IMG/VR virus record: IMGVR_UViG_3300021512_000003
Location: 1-64,000 of that record
Length of the DNA: 64,000 nucleotides
Origin: a virus
Direction: 5' to 3' (one strand)
Shown: positions 39,775 to 49,404 of the stretch, piece after piece
Layout: each line of letters begins with the position of its first letter
Position numbering within the stretch: position 1 is the stretch's first letter
Notes under the pieces: model-generated
The model's input: only the letters and a program-made list of their open reading frames with translations
Databases searched by the model: none
Told to the model about the DNA's origin: nothing
Position numbers and translations under genes: made by a program

Positions 39775-40113
39775 ATGCCAGCAGCAGAGACTGGAGCTAT
39801 AACCCTGTCTTGGTCTTTACTTCTCAAATATGTATGGGCACCTTTTATTGGACTTCTGATATGGTTTGGTAAAAGCTTATATGTAAGTGATAAAGAAAAG
39901 ACTACTGAGATAATAGAACTACAGGGGAAGGTTAAAGCCTTAGAGGAACACTCTATTAGTGAAGAGCGGATCAGGGTCTTAATAAAAGAAGCTATGACCC
40001 CTTTGTACGAGGATATGTCAGAAGTCAGTTCCAGCATAAAGGCACTGGCAGAGACAGTGGTTCAGCTACGGATAGATCTTGCTAGGGCAAATGCCTTAAA
40101 GGACGGTGTGTAG
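39775..40113 (+). CDS. Membrane-anchored coiled-coil protein (holin/antiholin-like)
   Basis: One N-terminal TM helix plus coiled coil at start of lysis region. Confidence 0.55.
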   Translation: MPAAETGAITLSWSLLLKYVWAPFIGLLIWFGKSLYVSDKEKTTEIIELQGKVKALEEHSISEERIRVLIKEAMTPLYEDMSEVSSSIKALAETVVQLRIDLARANALKDGV

Positions 40114-40583
40114 TGGAGGTAATTAGGAGGTCTTTGAAAGAGGCGTGTTCTAGTAAGGTGGTGTTAGTTAATGATGACGAGGGGGTGCTAACTAAAACCC
40201 TCTCGGCAGAGGGGATTAATACAGTGTTAGTGGGAGGAACACCGAAGTCTATTAGGGGTGTTCTTGGAAAGGTGAAGCCTAACCTAGTTATCGTAAATGT
40301 GGATGGTTGTATAGAGTATGGGAAACACATCTGTAAGGACATAAAAGAAGACAAGACGTTTAGGAATATCCCTGTAATCTTTGTCTCATCTAATGAGAAA
40401 CCAGAGGACAGAAGAGATGCATTCCTCTTTGGCTGTTTAGATTACATAGAGAAGCCCTACGAGGACGATAGGCTCTTAGCTAAGGTTAGGTCTTACATTA
40501 GCTTAGGAAGTGTTGAGCGAAGTATTAAGAGCCTTCTCGTCCACCTAGAGAGTAGGTGCTATTGTAGTGAGAAGGTGGCATGA
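40113..40583 (+). CDS. CheY-like receiver-domain protein lacking the phosphoacceptor Asp
   Basis: IPVIFVSS...GCLDYIEKP...LLAKVR; PNLVIVN instead of PDLILLD. Confidence 0.75.
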   Translation: MEVIRRSLKEACSSKVVLVNDDEGVLTKTLSAEGINTVLVGGTPKSIRGVLGKVKPNLVIVNVDGCIEYGKHICKDIKEDKTFRNIPVIFVSSNEKPEDRRDAFLFGCLDYIEKPYEDDRLLAKVRSYISLGSVERSIKSLLVHLESRCYCSEKVA

Positions 40584-40831
40584 TGGTGAAGCCAGATGAG
40601 AAGGATGCAATGAAGATTAGAAGACATATTGCACTAACTTCTTTTTATAGTTTGCTAGCAACATTATTCATTTGCCTGCTTACTGCACTGTACGGGGATG
40701 AAACTTCAGCAAAGAACATAGCAACAATGGCTATAGTACTCAGCCCTATAATTATCAGCCTCACAGGATTAATCGCTGGGTATAAGTGGCAGTGTGTTCA
40801 AGGGGGGAAGAAGGATGTTGGGACTCAGTAA
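40580..40831 (+). CDS. Holin-like protein, 2 TM helices
   Basis: Two hydrophobic helices, basic termini, Met-Met start. Confidence 0.55.
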   Translation: MMVKPDEKDAMKIRRHIALTSFYSLLATLFICLLTALYGDETSAKNIATMAIVLSPIIISLTGLIAGYKWQCVQGGKKDVGTQ

Positions 40832-41240
40832 GCTGAAAATGATGGTGGTAGGTGTCTTTGTATTTGCCTTGTTGAGCTTGCTTGTAACAACTAAAGTGGT
40901 CTGGAGTAAGTATCAGAAGCAGGTTGGTATATCTAACAACCTTAGATCACAAGTAGAGCAAACTGTCTCCATCAACCAGACACTTGCAAACACAATAGCT
41001 GAATTAAAAAGACAACAGATTAAGACAGAGGGGATTCTTGCACTAAGAGAGAGAAGAAAGGAAAAAGTAGAGGAAGAACTTCTAAGAAAGGTAGTAAAAA
41101 TAAAGGAGGAGAGGGATGCGTGTCTTGATATGCCTGTTCCTGTTAGCATTCTTAACAGCTTGTACACCAACACAGATAGTGAGGGAGGTAGATATAGTAG
41201 AGAGGAAACCCCCAGCACAACTACTGGAGGCTTGCCCTGA
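40815..41240 (+). CDS. i-spanin (Rz-like)
   Basis: N-terminal TM, coiled coil, C-terminal CLDMPVP. Confidence 0.8.
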   Translation: MLGLSKLKMMVVGVFVFALLSLLVTTKVVWSKYQKQVGISNNLRSQVEQTVSINQTLANTIAELKRQQIKTEGILALRERRKEKVEEELLRKVVKIKEERDACLDMPVPVSILNSLYTNTDSEGGRYSREETPSTTTGGLP

Positions 41241-41367
41241 GCCTTCTTTTAGTGGGAGCACTTACAGAGATGTCCTCGTACTGACAGCTGAGCTACAAGC
41301 TGCACTAGAAGACTGTGACTCTAAGCTTTTCTCTATAAGAGAGTTTTACGGAAAAACTCTGAAGTAA
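41116..41367 (+). CDS. o-spanin (Rz1-like lipoprotein)
   Basis: Lipobox LTAC; PPAQLLEAC; overlaps Rz in another frame. Confidence 0.85.
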   Translation: MRVLICLFLLAFLTACTPTQIVREVDIVERKPPAQLLEACPEPSFSGSTYRDVLVLTAELQAALEDCDSKLFSIREFYGKTLK

Positions 41368-41371
41368 ACCC

Positions 41372-41857
41372 TTAACAGAAAACCCCTCCTTGGAGCTTTC
41401 TTAGCTCCCGCTCGAATGATGGGTCACTCCTGTTTCGTAGTTGAGCTTCTTCTGAGGCTACCCTCCTCCCCTCTACGACTTTAGTGACCCATCCCTTATC
41501 TACTCGCTCTTGCCCATACAAATAAGCCCCGAATACAATATCCCCACCAGCACCCCTATGTAAACCTATGTCAAGTCTCCAAGGATACACCTTGGTATCC
41601 AGACCCATATCCCAGAGTAAGGCTCGCCTCTTCTCTTCGGGCATACTGCCCCACCCACCCTCAACTACTACTCTGTCCAACTCCTCAACACCTTTTAGTG
41701 GGTAGTTCAGTCTTAGTGTGATAGGGTCTTCCTCCTTTCTGTACTCTCTGTCTGCTTCCATCTTCTGTATTACAAGGTCTTGGGCTTCTTTCTTTGAATA
41801 CCCTGAATCCAAAAGATTATAGAAAACCTCTTCAAAGTTTACCTGCCAATCCTCCAT
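41372..41857 (-). CDS. Hypothetical protein
   Basis: 161 aa, RBS. Confidence 0.65.
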   Translation of the reverse strand: MEDWQVNFEEVFYNLLDSGYSKKEAQDLVIQKMEADREYRKEEDPITLRLNYPLKGVEELDRVVVEGGWGSMPEEKRRALLWDMGLDTKVYPWRLDIGLHRGAGGDIVFGAYLYGQERVDKGWVTKVVEGRRVASEEAQLRNRSDPSFERELRKLQGGVFC

Positions 41858-41964
41858 TACCCAACCCCTCTTTGCTTATGAAGAATGCTCATCATCGTCC
41901 CCTGTTGGCATAAACTTGTATACAAGGACACAGATGATAAGTGTTACAACACCAATTATAAAAT

Positions 41965-42552
41965 TCACTCAAACCCCTCTTTACATATCTTCTCATCTAT
42001 GTACTCTGGATACTCCACATTACACAGCAACCACTCAACAAAATCCTGCCACTCAGTAAGCCTGTGATCTTGTCTTTGACTCACTATGTTCTGAAGAGCT
42101 TTGTAGTTTGTACAGACCAACCTCTCCTGTAGCCACCCCTCTGGTAAGTTTTTCTTGATTCGGTTAATATCCTTTTTATCTTTCCTGATCACCTCGTTCA
42201 GATTATCAATAGCAGCTAGTGTTGTACCTTTATCGAAGTCAAGACAGGTAGTAAGCCTTTTGTTCAATGTGTGGAGGGTGCTGGAGCTTTGCTTAGTCAC
42301 CCCTGCACGATAGGTGTCAAACTCTGACCAGAAGTCTCTTGAGCTTTGTATGAAGATCCACACCTGTATAGACTCAAGAAACTTATTATGACCACCTCCC
42401 TTATGTGCTAGCTTAGAGGCTCTCTTTTTAGCCCTGCTGTACCTCTCTTCAGTCCAGAAGTCTGTTAGTAGGATGTTGTGGTCATAGTATGACAAACTCA
42501 TACCAAGTAATGCCTGCTCATGGCCAGCTTCTTTTAACATAGAACAAATCAA
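41965..42552 (-). CDS. thyX: Flavin-dependent thymidylate synthase-like protein
   Basis: GGHNKFLE...FDTYR...SSSTLH...NYKAL...QRQDHRLTEW; variant of the ThyX motif. Confidence 0.65.
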   Translation of the reverse strand: MICSMLKEAGHEQALLGMSLSYYDHNILLTDFWTEERYSRAKKRASKLAHKGGGHNKFLESIQVWIFIQSSRDFWSEFDTYRAGVTKQSSSTLHTLNKRLTTCLDFDKGTTLAAIDNLNEVIRKDKKDINRIKKNLPEGWLQERLVCTNYKALQNIVSQRQDHRLTEWQDFVEWLLCNVEYPEYIDEKICKEGFE

Positions 42553-43109
42553 GATTTAACCTCTGTCTCAAGAGCTTTAATAATCTGTGGTAGGGAACAC
42601 CACTCCCTGAAAGAATGGACTACACAGGACAAAGGGACATCTTGCCTAAACCCAGTCTCGAATCTGAGCTTAGGGGTTTCTGCTGGAAGGGAGTTTAGGA
42701 ATACGTTCCTATCGTCTATTGCTATATCACAAGAAACAGCATACTTCTCCTTTGTAGCTGCAAACCCCTCCATGAAAGGAAAATACCTGTCAAGAAACCT
42801 GTACTTGCTCCTGAAGTGATTGCCTTTACAGTGAGATGCAAAGAATATGTTATACTCTTCACTTAAATCTCTCAGAGCTTCAACAGAGCCTTTTATAGGC
42901 ACACCCATGTCATACAATCCCTCATTCCTCCAGAAGTCCATAGGGTCTGTTGTTTGTGGGAAGTAGGTAGATAAGTCGTAGTCTACAAGACCTCGTTCTG
43001 GGTACTCCTTTTCTACCTTTGTCTGAAGCTCAAGCCACCTCCACCAAGTTCGAGATAAATCTACAACAGTGAGGTCAACGTCTACAAGTATTCTCTTCTT
43101 AACTGACAT
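42549..43109 (-). CDS. 5'(3')-deoxyribonucleotidase, HAD family
   Basis: DVDLT motif I; IDD motif. Confidence 0.8.
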   Translation of the reverse strand: MSVKKRILVDVDLTVVDLSRTWWRWLELQTKVEKEYPERGLVDYDLSTYFPQTTDPMDFWRNEGLYDMGVPIKGSVEALRDLSEEYNIFFASHCKGNHFRSKYRFLDRYFPFMEGFAATKEKYAVSCDIAIDDRNVFLNSLPAETPKLRFETGFRQDVPLSCVVHSFREWCSLPQIIKALETEVKS

Positions 43110-43770
43110 AGAAATCCTCCGCTAAGTCCATCATCTTCTGTAAGTACTCTTTCTCTGTCCCTGTATTATACACGTCTACTGTGTTCTTTACAACACCTTC
43201 CCTAATATACCCCCTACTGTCTCCTGTAAACTCACCTCTACCTCTTACACGGACTAGGAGAATATCTTCATGCCTCAGTCTCTTGAGTAATGGGTATATC
43301 TCTTCCTCAAAACCTGTAGAGTCATCTATATACCAGTGCTTACTTTGAAGGCTGTTCGCTCTTGTGTCCCCAAAATAAGCTTTACCGAAAGAAGGCTTTA
43401 CAATAATCTCAGAAACGTATATCAAAGCTTCTCTAACAGAGAGGTGGATAAAGTCTCTGTCTTGTTTATCAGCTAACCTCTCTCCAGAATCCTTTCCTAA
43501 GAACGCCATTAGTTTCTTAAAAGCTTGTGTGGTTATGGTAAACTCAGGAACTGGTGTCTCCTTCGTATCCCTCTCATTATACAACGTGTCAAACTCTTTC
43601 TTAGAGAGGCAGAATAACTCTCGTGTAAGAACTATAAGCTTGTCCTTACAACGACAGTCTCTTATGTTGTACCACCTCTGAAGGAAGTCTACGAAGAAGG
43701 TCTTCCCACAGAGACGTGGCCCATTCAGTAAGAGTATCTTACTTGTTAAGAAGCCACTCTGCTCACTCAC
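43099..43770 (-). CDS. Deoxynucleoside monophosphate kinase
   Basis: NGPRLCGKT P-loop; REALIYVSE...KP.FG; DSR. Confidence 0.75.
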   Translation of the reverse strand: MSEQSGFLTSKILLLNGPRLCGKTFFVDFLQRWYNIRDCRCKDKLIVLTRELFCLSKKEFDTLYNERDTKETPVPEFTITTQAFKKLMAFLGKDSGERLADKQDRDFIHLSVREALIYVSEIIVKPSFGKAYFGDTRANSLQSKHWYIDDSTGFEEEIYPLLKRLRHEDILLVRVRGRGEFTGDSRGYIREGVVKNTVDVYNTGTEKEYLQKMMDLAEDFYVS

Positions 43771-43981
43771 TCGCTACACCGAAGTCCTTAGACCTTGTGA
43801 AAGAGCCTTTATACTCGAACAACACATAAGCAAGGAGACCCTGCTTAAGAACCCAAGGAGCCACCTCTTCCTCTGTAAGCTCAGGGGAATAGCCCCTTAG
43901 CTCTGAACCTCCTAGAGAATACTTCATCTCGTACCTCACAACATAAGTACGTTCTTTTGGCTGCTGTACTTTCTCACTCAT
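43763..43981 (-). CDS. Hypothetical protein
   Basis: 72 aa in operon. Confidence 0.6.
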   Translation of the reverse strand: MSEKVQQPKERTYVVRYEMKYSLGGSELRGYSPELTEEEVAPWVLKQGLLAYVLFEYKGSFTRSKDFGVASE

Positions 43982-43985
43982 TTTA

Positions 43986-45056
43986 CTACTCCTTGTTGTA
44001 TTTTCTTCTCAGATAGTCGATGTCAACAAACATTGGATTGTAGCTTCCGTCTCTTACGTTGTGCTTTACGATGACACCTCGCCAGTGGTGGTTTCCTTGG
44101 TGCCCTTTGTAGTCCTCTGAGTGTGCGTAGTAGGCCCCTGCTATGACGGCCCACTGTTGCCTACCAGAAGCAGGTAAGAACCTTGTAGCTACGTCTAATG
44201 TTTGCTTGTGCCCCATTGTAAAGGATTCTCCTACGTTTTTCAAGACATTCATAGCAGTTCCTCCGTAGGGTCTTCCTGTCATTGGGTTAGCCATGTAGTG
44301 TACATAGCTGACACCATCTACTATAACAGGTTTTAGGAAATCATGCACCTCCCATCCGAACTCTTTATATTTGAGGTTGTCATAAGAGAGGAGTCCAGAG
44401 AGTTCTGGATTGGCCTCTACGTGACGCTCAATACGAGACTCATGGTTGCCCATGACAAGTATCATTGTGGGTTTATATGGCGCCCCTCCTGACGTTTTTA
44501 GAGCTTCTTGGTACTTGTGTAAGGGTTTTAAGAGAAAGCGCATACCTTCTATTGCTGCCTCTATATCCTTATTCACCCTCTTCCCTTCTGCTCTTTTCTT
44601 ACCTTTGTCATAAGAGGATAGTGAGGGCATATCAGCATGATCTCCCAGGTTCACTATAACATCAGGCTTCCTCTCAACAATGTACTCTCCTAACCAAGAG
44701 AGGTATGCCATGTCTATGTCTGGTTTGCATTGAGTGTCTGGGATGACTAAGTGTGTTTTCTCTCTGGTGTCTGTAGGGTTGTGTGGTGTTGTCTCTATCC
44801 TAAAAACACCTTCTTCACTAACCACCTTCTCTTGTTTGTTCTCCGTTGTACCTACCTTCTTTGCATCATTCTCCAAATGCCACAACTGGTAAGTCTCCTT
44901 TCGGAGGAAATCTGTTACAGTACTCTTCCCTATCCCGTATGTTTGGGCAATCTCTCTTGCAAGAAGGCCACTACCATCCAACTCAAGAACACCTAGCTTT
45001 ACTGCCTCTTCTTGTAGACTACCCATCAGCACCCCCTCTGGATTTCTCTTGAACAA
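43986..45056 (-). CDS. Calcineurin-like metallophosphoesterase with N-terminal HTH
   Basis: IPDTQ, GDHAD, GNHE, GHKQ. Confidence 0.85.
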   Translation of the reverse strand: MFKRNPEGVLMGSLQEEAVKLGVLELDGSGLLAREIAQTYGIGKSTVTDFLRKETYQLWHLENDAKKVGTTENKQEKVVSEEGVFRIETTPHNPTDTREKTHLVIPDTQCKPDIDMAYLSWLGEYIVERKPDVIVNLGDHADMPSLSSYDKGKKRAEGKRVNKDIEAAIEGMRFLLKPLHKYQEALKTSGGAPYKPTMILVMGNHESRIERHVEANPELSGLLSYDNLKYKEFGWEVHDFLKPVIVDGVSYVHYMANPMTGRPYGGTAMNVLKNVGESFTMGHKQTLDVATRFLPASGRQQWAVIAGAYYAHSEDYKGHQGNHHWRGVIVKHNVRDGSYNPMFVDIDYLRRKYNKE

Positions 45057-45582
45057 CCTTCCTCATAATATCTTTCCTCTTCTTTGCATTAGAAGTGTCT
45101 TCACTGGAGAAGCCTTTCATCCTCAAGTATCGTTTTACAACCTCTTCCCTCTTCATAACAAGGATAACACGTTTTTCTAATCTTGCCTCTTCAAAAGATA
45201 TTGTGTGCTTTTCTGAATAAGTTTTGATGTCGTGACAAGGTTTACACAAGAAGGCCAGATCGTCCTCTGTTATAAAGACTAATCCTTCAATAAAAGCTTG
45301 AAGGTCTTTGCTTGACCTTAGAGAGTGTCCTCCCTTTTTATGATCAACTTGTAAGTGTTTCGTTGCCAACTCTAGGTTACAACAAGAGCAGACACCCCCC
45401 CAAACCGTTGGGAACCTCTCACTAGGTTTTGGGTTGGTTATACGCCCTCTGTTCTTCTTAATAAATGTGAGCTTAACAGGGTGCTTCTCCCACAGCCCCC
45501 GCCTTATACCTCCTCTTAAGAAAGAGAAGAACCTACTCTCTGTAGGCCATATCTTCGGGTAATCCTCCCAAGGTTTCTTCAT
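45019..45582 (-). CDS. HNH endonuclease (conserved phage type)
   Basis: CSCC...VDH...LCKPCHDIKT. Confidence 0.8.
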   Translation of the reverse strand: MKKPWEDYPKIWPTESRFFSFLRGGIRRGLWEKHPVKLTFIKKNRGRITNPKPSERFPTVWGGVCSCCNLELATKHLQVDHKKGGHSLRSSKDLQAFIEGLVFITEDDLAFLCKPCHDIKTYSEKHTISFEEARLEKRVILVMKREEVVKRYLRMKGFSSEDTSNAKKRKDIMRKVVQEKSRGGADG

Positions 45583-46056
45583 ATCTCTCCTACCAGCACC
45601 TTACAATGAAGCTTCTTACCTCTTTAAAAAATAACACTGCTGCAGTACACACACTACTAATAAGTACTAAAGGCACAACAAGTTGTAAGAGGATGAGTAC
45701 AGCAGGTCTTCTTATTCACTTTCTCTCTACTAGGTCTAATGGTGTGGTAAATTCTTCTCTTAGTGGCCTCATATACTCTCCACAAATCTTTTTATGTGTA
45801 CTTAGGTAGAAAACTGCTTAACTCAATCCACCGCTATATTGATATTATGGCTTGGTTGCGAGCATGAGTGCTCCCACACAGATAGCCCAAACAACAAGTG
45901 GGTTACTTAAAGTTAAATCCACTCCAACCACTGCGCCTATCGGTAGGAGTATTGTGCAGCCGGTAAAAGCCCCCGTACAAAAAGGGTAAATCTTGTCCAT
46001 AATACATCTCCTGACTCTAGGTTACTGTCTCGCCCTATAACACCTCGTGTGTTTAT

Positions 46057-47097
46057 TCACTTCCTACCTCCGGTAGTCTCAACACCATGCTTAATGTAAA
46101 ACTCTTCTACATCTAAAATATCTCCATCCCACCTACGCATTCTTGCTAGGTCGAAATATTCCTGGCTCAAGCTTATCCAGTCTCCTTCTATTTCTAAATT
46201 GTCCCATGTAGTGTAGGCTAGAGGTTCAGGATACCACTCTTTAAACTTAGCAGCAACGGCCTGTATGCACTCCCTGTCCGTCTTTAAGTCTTTTAGGTAG
46301 TGGTAGGCAGCCTTCTTCCCAAAACGCACACCAGCGAGCTTATTGGCCTTATAGTTATCCGCTGTGTCTTCACAAAGCCATTGGAAATAAAAGAACTTCC
46401 TCCCTACTCCTTTTATGTCTTTATTTGCATTCTCTTTAAGGCCACCTAAGCCATGTACATAGAGAGGTCTTGCCATAAGAGGCACACCACTAGAGTCCTT
46501 TCTGAAGTCAAATACCCACCCCTCATTACCAAAAGCATCCTTATCGAAAGTGGCAGCTATATACTTCTTATCTTTACTACCCTCACCTACCCTCCGTCCC
46601 TTCCACTGCCAGTAATTTAGAACATCGTCTGCTTCTACGTCTGTAATCACCTTTGCTTTGTGGTATAACACCATATAATCTTTTACAGCTTGCAAGTTGA
46701 GAGGTTTCTGCTTTCCTAGCCTGTTCCCCTTATACTGCTGTACCGTAGCAAGGTGGTGCCGGAATGTCAACCCCTCATCTAAGTACACCTCATATGCAGA
46801 AGCATCACAAGCTTTAAGAATGTAGCTTAATATGCTCTTAACATTCTTATATGCCTGTTCTACAGGGGGAGCTTCTATCTTATCCTCTATCTCGAAATCT
46901 GTGATATGGAAAGGAAGTAGCCTAGCCTCTGTTCTTGTCACGTTTGTCTCTGTAATAAACTCCTTAAAGGCTGTCCTGTGAGCAAAGGGTTTAGCCTTCC
47001 CTGTCTTCCTGTGTGTTACAACTATGGTTCTCTTTTCTCCAGCAGCAGAAGCTCTGAAGGCAAGAAGACTACCATCTATTGCTACGAAGTTACCCAT
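46057..47097 (-). CDS. 5'-3' exonuclease (T7 gp6/RNase H-like)
   Basis: IDGSLL, YKGNR, EADD, DKD, DTADN. Confidence 0.85.
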   Translation of the reverse strand: MGNFVAIDGSLLAFRASAAGEKRTIVVTHRKTGKAKPFAHRTAFKEFITETNVTRTEARLLPFHITDFEIEDKIEAPPVEQAYKNVKSILSYILKACDASAYEVYLDEGLTFRHHLATVQQYKGNRLGKQKPLNLQAVKDYMVLYHKAKVITDVEADDVLNYWQWKGRRVGEGSKDKKYIAATFDKDAFGNEGWVFDFRKDSSGVPLMARPLYVHGLGGLKENANKDIKGVGRKFFYFQWLCEDTADNYKANKLAGVRFGKKAAYHYLKDLKTDRECIQAVAAKFKEWYPEPLAYTTWDNLEIEGDWISLSQEYFDLARMRRWDGDILDVEEFYIKHGVETTGGRK

Positions 47098-47398
47098 CAG
47101 TGTCACCACCTATGAACTTGTCAACCATAATCTCATCAAACAAGTCATTGAAAGACTCTTCCCCGTGATCTCCAGAATAAAGCCACTCAACTTCTTTTGC
47201 TAGTCTCCCTGCTAAACCAATGATCTGAAGAGATGTCTTTAACCTAGAGATTGTAGGTTCTTCGAACCTATTTCCCAGTGTATCTCCCCAATCATCTACT
47301 GTTGTGTCATCGTTTGCTTGGATCTCCCGGTCTAACTCCTCAGCAAACAAAACAATCTCAAAGCACTTATATTCAAAATGTCCACCGCTCATACACAC
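47090..47398 (-). CDS. Conserved phage hypothetical protein
   Basis: MSGGHFEY...EWLYSGD motif. Confidence 0.7.
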   Translation of the reverse strand: MCMSGGHFEYKCFEIVLFAEELDREIQANDDTTVDDWGDTLGNRFEEPTISRLKTSLQIIGLAGRLAKEVEWLYSGDHGEESFNDLFDEIMVDKFIGGDTDG

Positions 47399-47447
47399 CT
47401 CGTCTCTTGTTAAGGAGGGAGAGGGAAAACCCCCTCCCTAGACACAA

Positions 47448-48296
47448 CTACCAAGGGGTGTCGGACTCTGAGTCATCTGTTGGAGGAGCTTCCTGTAGTG
47501 TTCCTGAAGAACCTTCCTCCTCTAGGACATCTTGCACCACTACCTCTTCTTTAGGTGTTGCCTTTTCCTCTAACTCTTCCCCTTTAATGAAGGCTGAGAG
47601 AGGGACAGTGAGGGCCAACACATCTTGGACGTAAGTTTTAATTTGATCTGTGGTTAAGTCTGGATCAGCTTTCTTGGTCTTTAGTGCCATATTAGCCTTA
47701 CAAGCATTCCTTACAGCATGACCTACAGAGGCACCTACATCCCGCTTGCTCATGCCTGGATTCTTCCCCTGACACCACGCTTCGGCAGCAATACCTAGTG
47801 TGTGAAGCTCTTTAGCCAACTCTTCTACTTTAGGGTTGTCTGGTTTAAACTTATGCCCATAATACTCCAAAGCAGCATTAATTGCATGACCAACCTTAAT
47901 ACCTGTTAGATCAAAAGGTGTAGCTGGAGTGTTACCTTGGCCTCCTCCTGTAGCCTCTTTTGATTCGTAAGCCTTCCCTTCTACAAGGTTCATAATAGTT
48001 AGGCCAGACTTCTTGGCGTTCTTGAAGTCTCCGTTTTGTATGTATTGGAGAAGCACCTTACTACCTGCACCAAGAATAGCATACCCCTCACCATCTAATC
48101 GCTTTACAAAGAAGTTATCTTTGTCCGTACTCCCTAAGCCATACCATGCCTCCACTCCATCAGTATCATTCTTTATTAGCATAGAGAGTCGGTGTGTGTT
48201 TGTTATGCTCTTTCCTTCCCACACAAATGTGTCAGGCTCTTTAAGTTGGTAAGCACCGCACTTCATAACTGTTCCAATTACATTCTGTAAACTCAT
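47448..48296 (-). CDS. Putative ssDNA-binding protein
   Basis: Acidic C-terminal tail ending DTPW; replication context. Confidence 0.5.
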   Translation of the reverse strand: MSLQNVIGTVMKCGAYQLKEPDTFVWEGKSITNTHRLSMLIKNDTDGVEAWYGLGSTDKDNFFVKRLDGEGYAILGAGSKVLLQYIQNGDFKNAKKSGLTIMNLVEGKAYESKEATGGGQGNTPATPFDLTGIKVGHAINAALEYYGHKFKPDNPKVEELAKELHTLGIAAEAWCQGKNPGMSKRDVGASVGHAVRNACKANMALKTKKADPDLTTDQIKTYVQDVLALTVPLSAFIKGEELEEKATPKEEVVVQDVLEEEGSSGTLQEAPPTDDSESDTPW

Positions 48297-48356
48297 AACC
48301 TTGCTCTCTCTTATGTTAGGTTTCTAAATATTTCGCTTGAATATCTCTGAGACACT

Positions 48357-48791
48357 CTATACTGCACCTTGTTTTTGCATCCACTTCTTTATTGCAGCTG
48401 GTTGTTTGATGTGTTCTGGTACTTCAAAGTTATGCGCCTTTGCATACTCCAGAAGCTCTACTTTCTTAGTAAGGGTTTCTAAAGTGGCCATGGTATCAGA
48501 ACTCTCCTCTACCTGTAAAGGAGTTTCTTCCACAATAACTGCATCTTCCCCTAAAGGAGCTTCCTCTTCAGAAGCATCTACCTCGATACCTTGTGAAACA
48601 CCTTCTTCACCTTTTACAAGAGTAATACTGTAGTAGCCAGCACCATACCGCTTACCACAGAACTCATTCTTCCCACCCCTGTCTACAAAGAATCCCTCTT
48701 TGTTGGCGTCCTCTAAGGCAGTGAGGAAGTTAGTTATACCAAGGTGGTCATACCCAGCTTGTGCAGTTATCGTTTTCTTTTCAATAGTCAT
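48357..48791 (-). CDS. Hypothetical protein
   Basis: 144 aa. Confidence 0.65.
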   Translation of the reverse strand: MTIEKKTITAQAGYDHLGITNFLTALEDANKEGFFVDRGGKNEFCGKRYGAGYYSITLVKGEEGVSQGIEVDASEEEAPLGEDAVIVEETPLQVEESSDTMATLETLTKKVELLEYAKAHNFEVPEHIKQPAAIKKWMQKQGAV

Positions 48792-48849
48792 ATATATTCT
48801 CTTTTTGTTAAAATTTGTTTGTGTGGAGATAAACTTCTATCGTAATGCC

Positions 48850-48905
48850 TAACCTTTTGATTTCATCAGTATGACTTTGTGTAGTCTGTATAGTCCAGTG
48901 TTATA
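48850..48905 (+). other. Array leader / candidate attI-like site, copy 2, with IHF consensus
   Basis: 41/49 identical to the other copies, last 25 nt identical; IHF match AATCAAAAGGTTA on - strand (48850-48862); G|TT at 48900. Confidence 0.65.
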
Positions 48906-48937
48906 AATAATAACCAAGAACCTAGGAGGTTCTAAAT

Positions 48938-49183
48938 ACGAAACCAATAAACCACCTAAACTATAAAACGATTGAGAAAGACCTCAACCAAGCACTACAA
49001 TCCCACATCTCTTACGAAGATTGGATGGAGTTTATTGTAAGACTTGTAGGCGGCTCGGAAGACATCTACCAGATCAACTACATACTTCCAACCAGTGCTG
49101 GTATTACTACAGAAGTTCCGCTTGCAGAAGCAACTTCTTTATACGTGGGTATAATTCGTCTTGTTGCTCCTCCGCAAGTGTGA
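48938..49183 (+). pseudogene. 81-codon ORF whose start position reads ACG instead of ATG
   Basis: Hairpin RBS 48917-48933 then AAATACG, where the sister copy at 6888 has AAATATG; frame open to TGA 49183. Confidence 0.55.
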
Positions 49184-49319
49184 GTACATCCCTGAAAACT
49201 TGCTTATCCTCACTACCGTCTGCAAGGAGGATTTTGGGGACGAGGAGGTAATCTACCTCTCCATTGATATGCCTCTTTATGTTGTCCAGAACTCCTTGAA
49301 GTAAAAGTGTATCTATCAT
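49107..49319 (-). CDS. Small hypothetical protein, convergent partner
   Basis: GAGG RBS; 70 aa. Confidence 0.65.
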   Translation of the reverse strand: MIDTLLLQGVLDNIKRHINGEVDYLLVPKILLADGSEDKQVFRDVLTLAEEQQDELYPRIKKLLLQAELL

Positions 49320-49345
49320 ATCTCTGTCCTCTTATCTAAAATTAT

Positions 49346-49403
49346 TTCTAACAAGTTAATGTTGTCGGAATTGCTACGCAATCCGCAAATTAAGACGTTA
49401 TGT
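49346..49403 (+). other. attC-like recombination site
   Basis: TTCTAACaagttaatgttgtcggaattgctacgcaatccgcaaattaagacGTTATGT. Confidence 0.85.
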
Positions 49404-49404
49404 G

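Noticed and set aside
14888-41218. Many minus-strand ORFs inside the structural operon
   Set aside because: Antisense shadows of well-supported genes with no recognisable motifs
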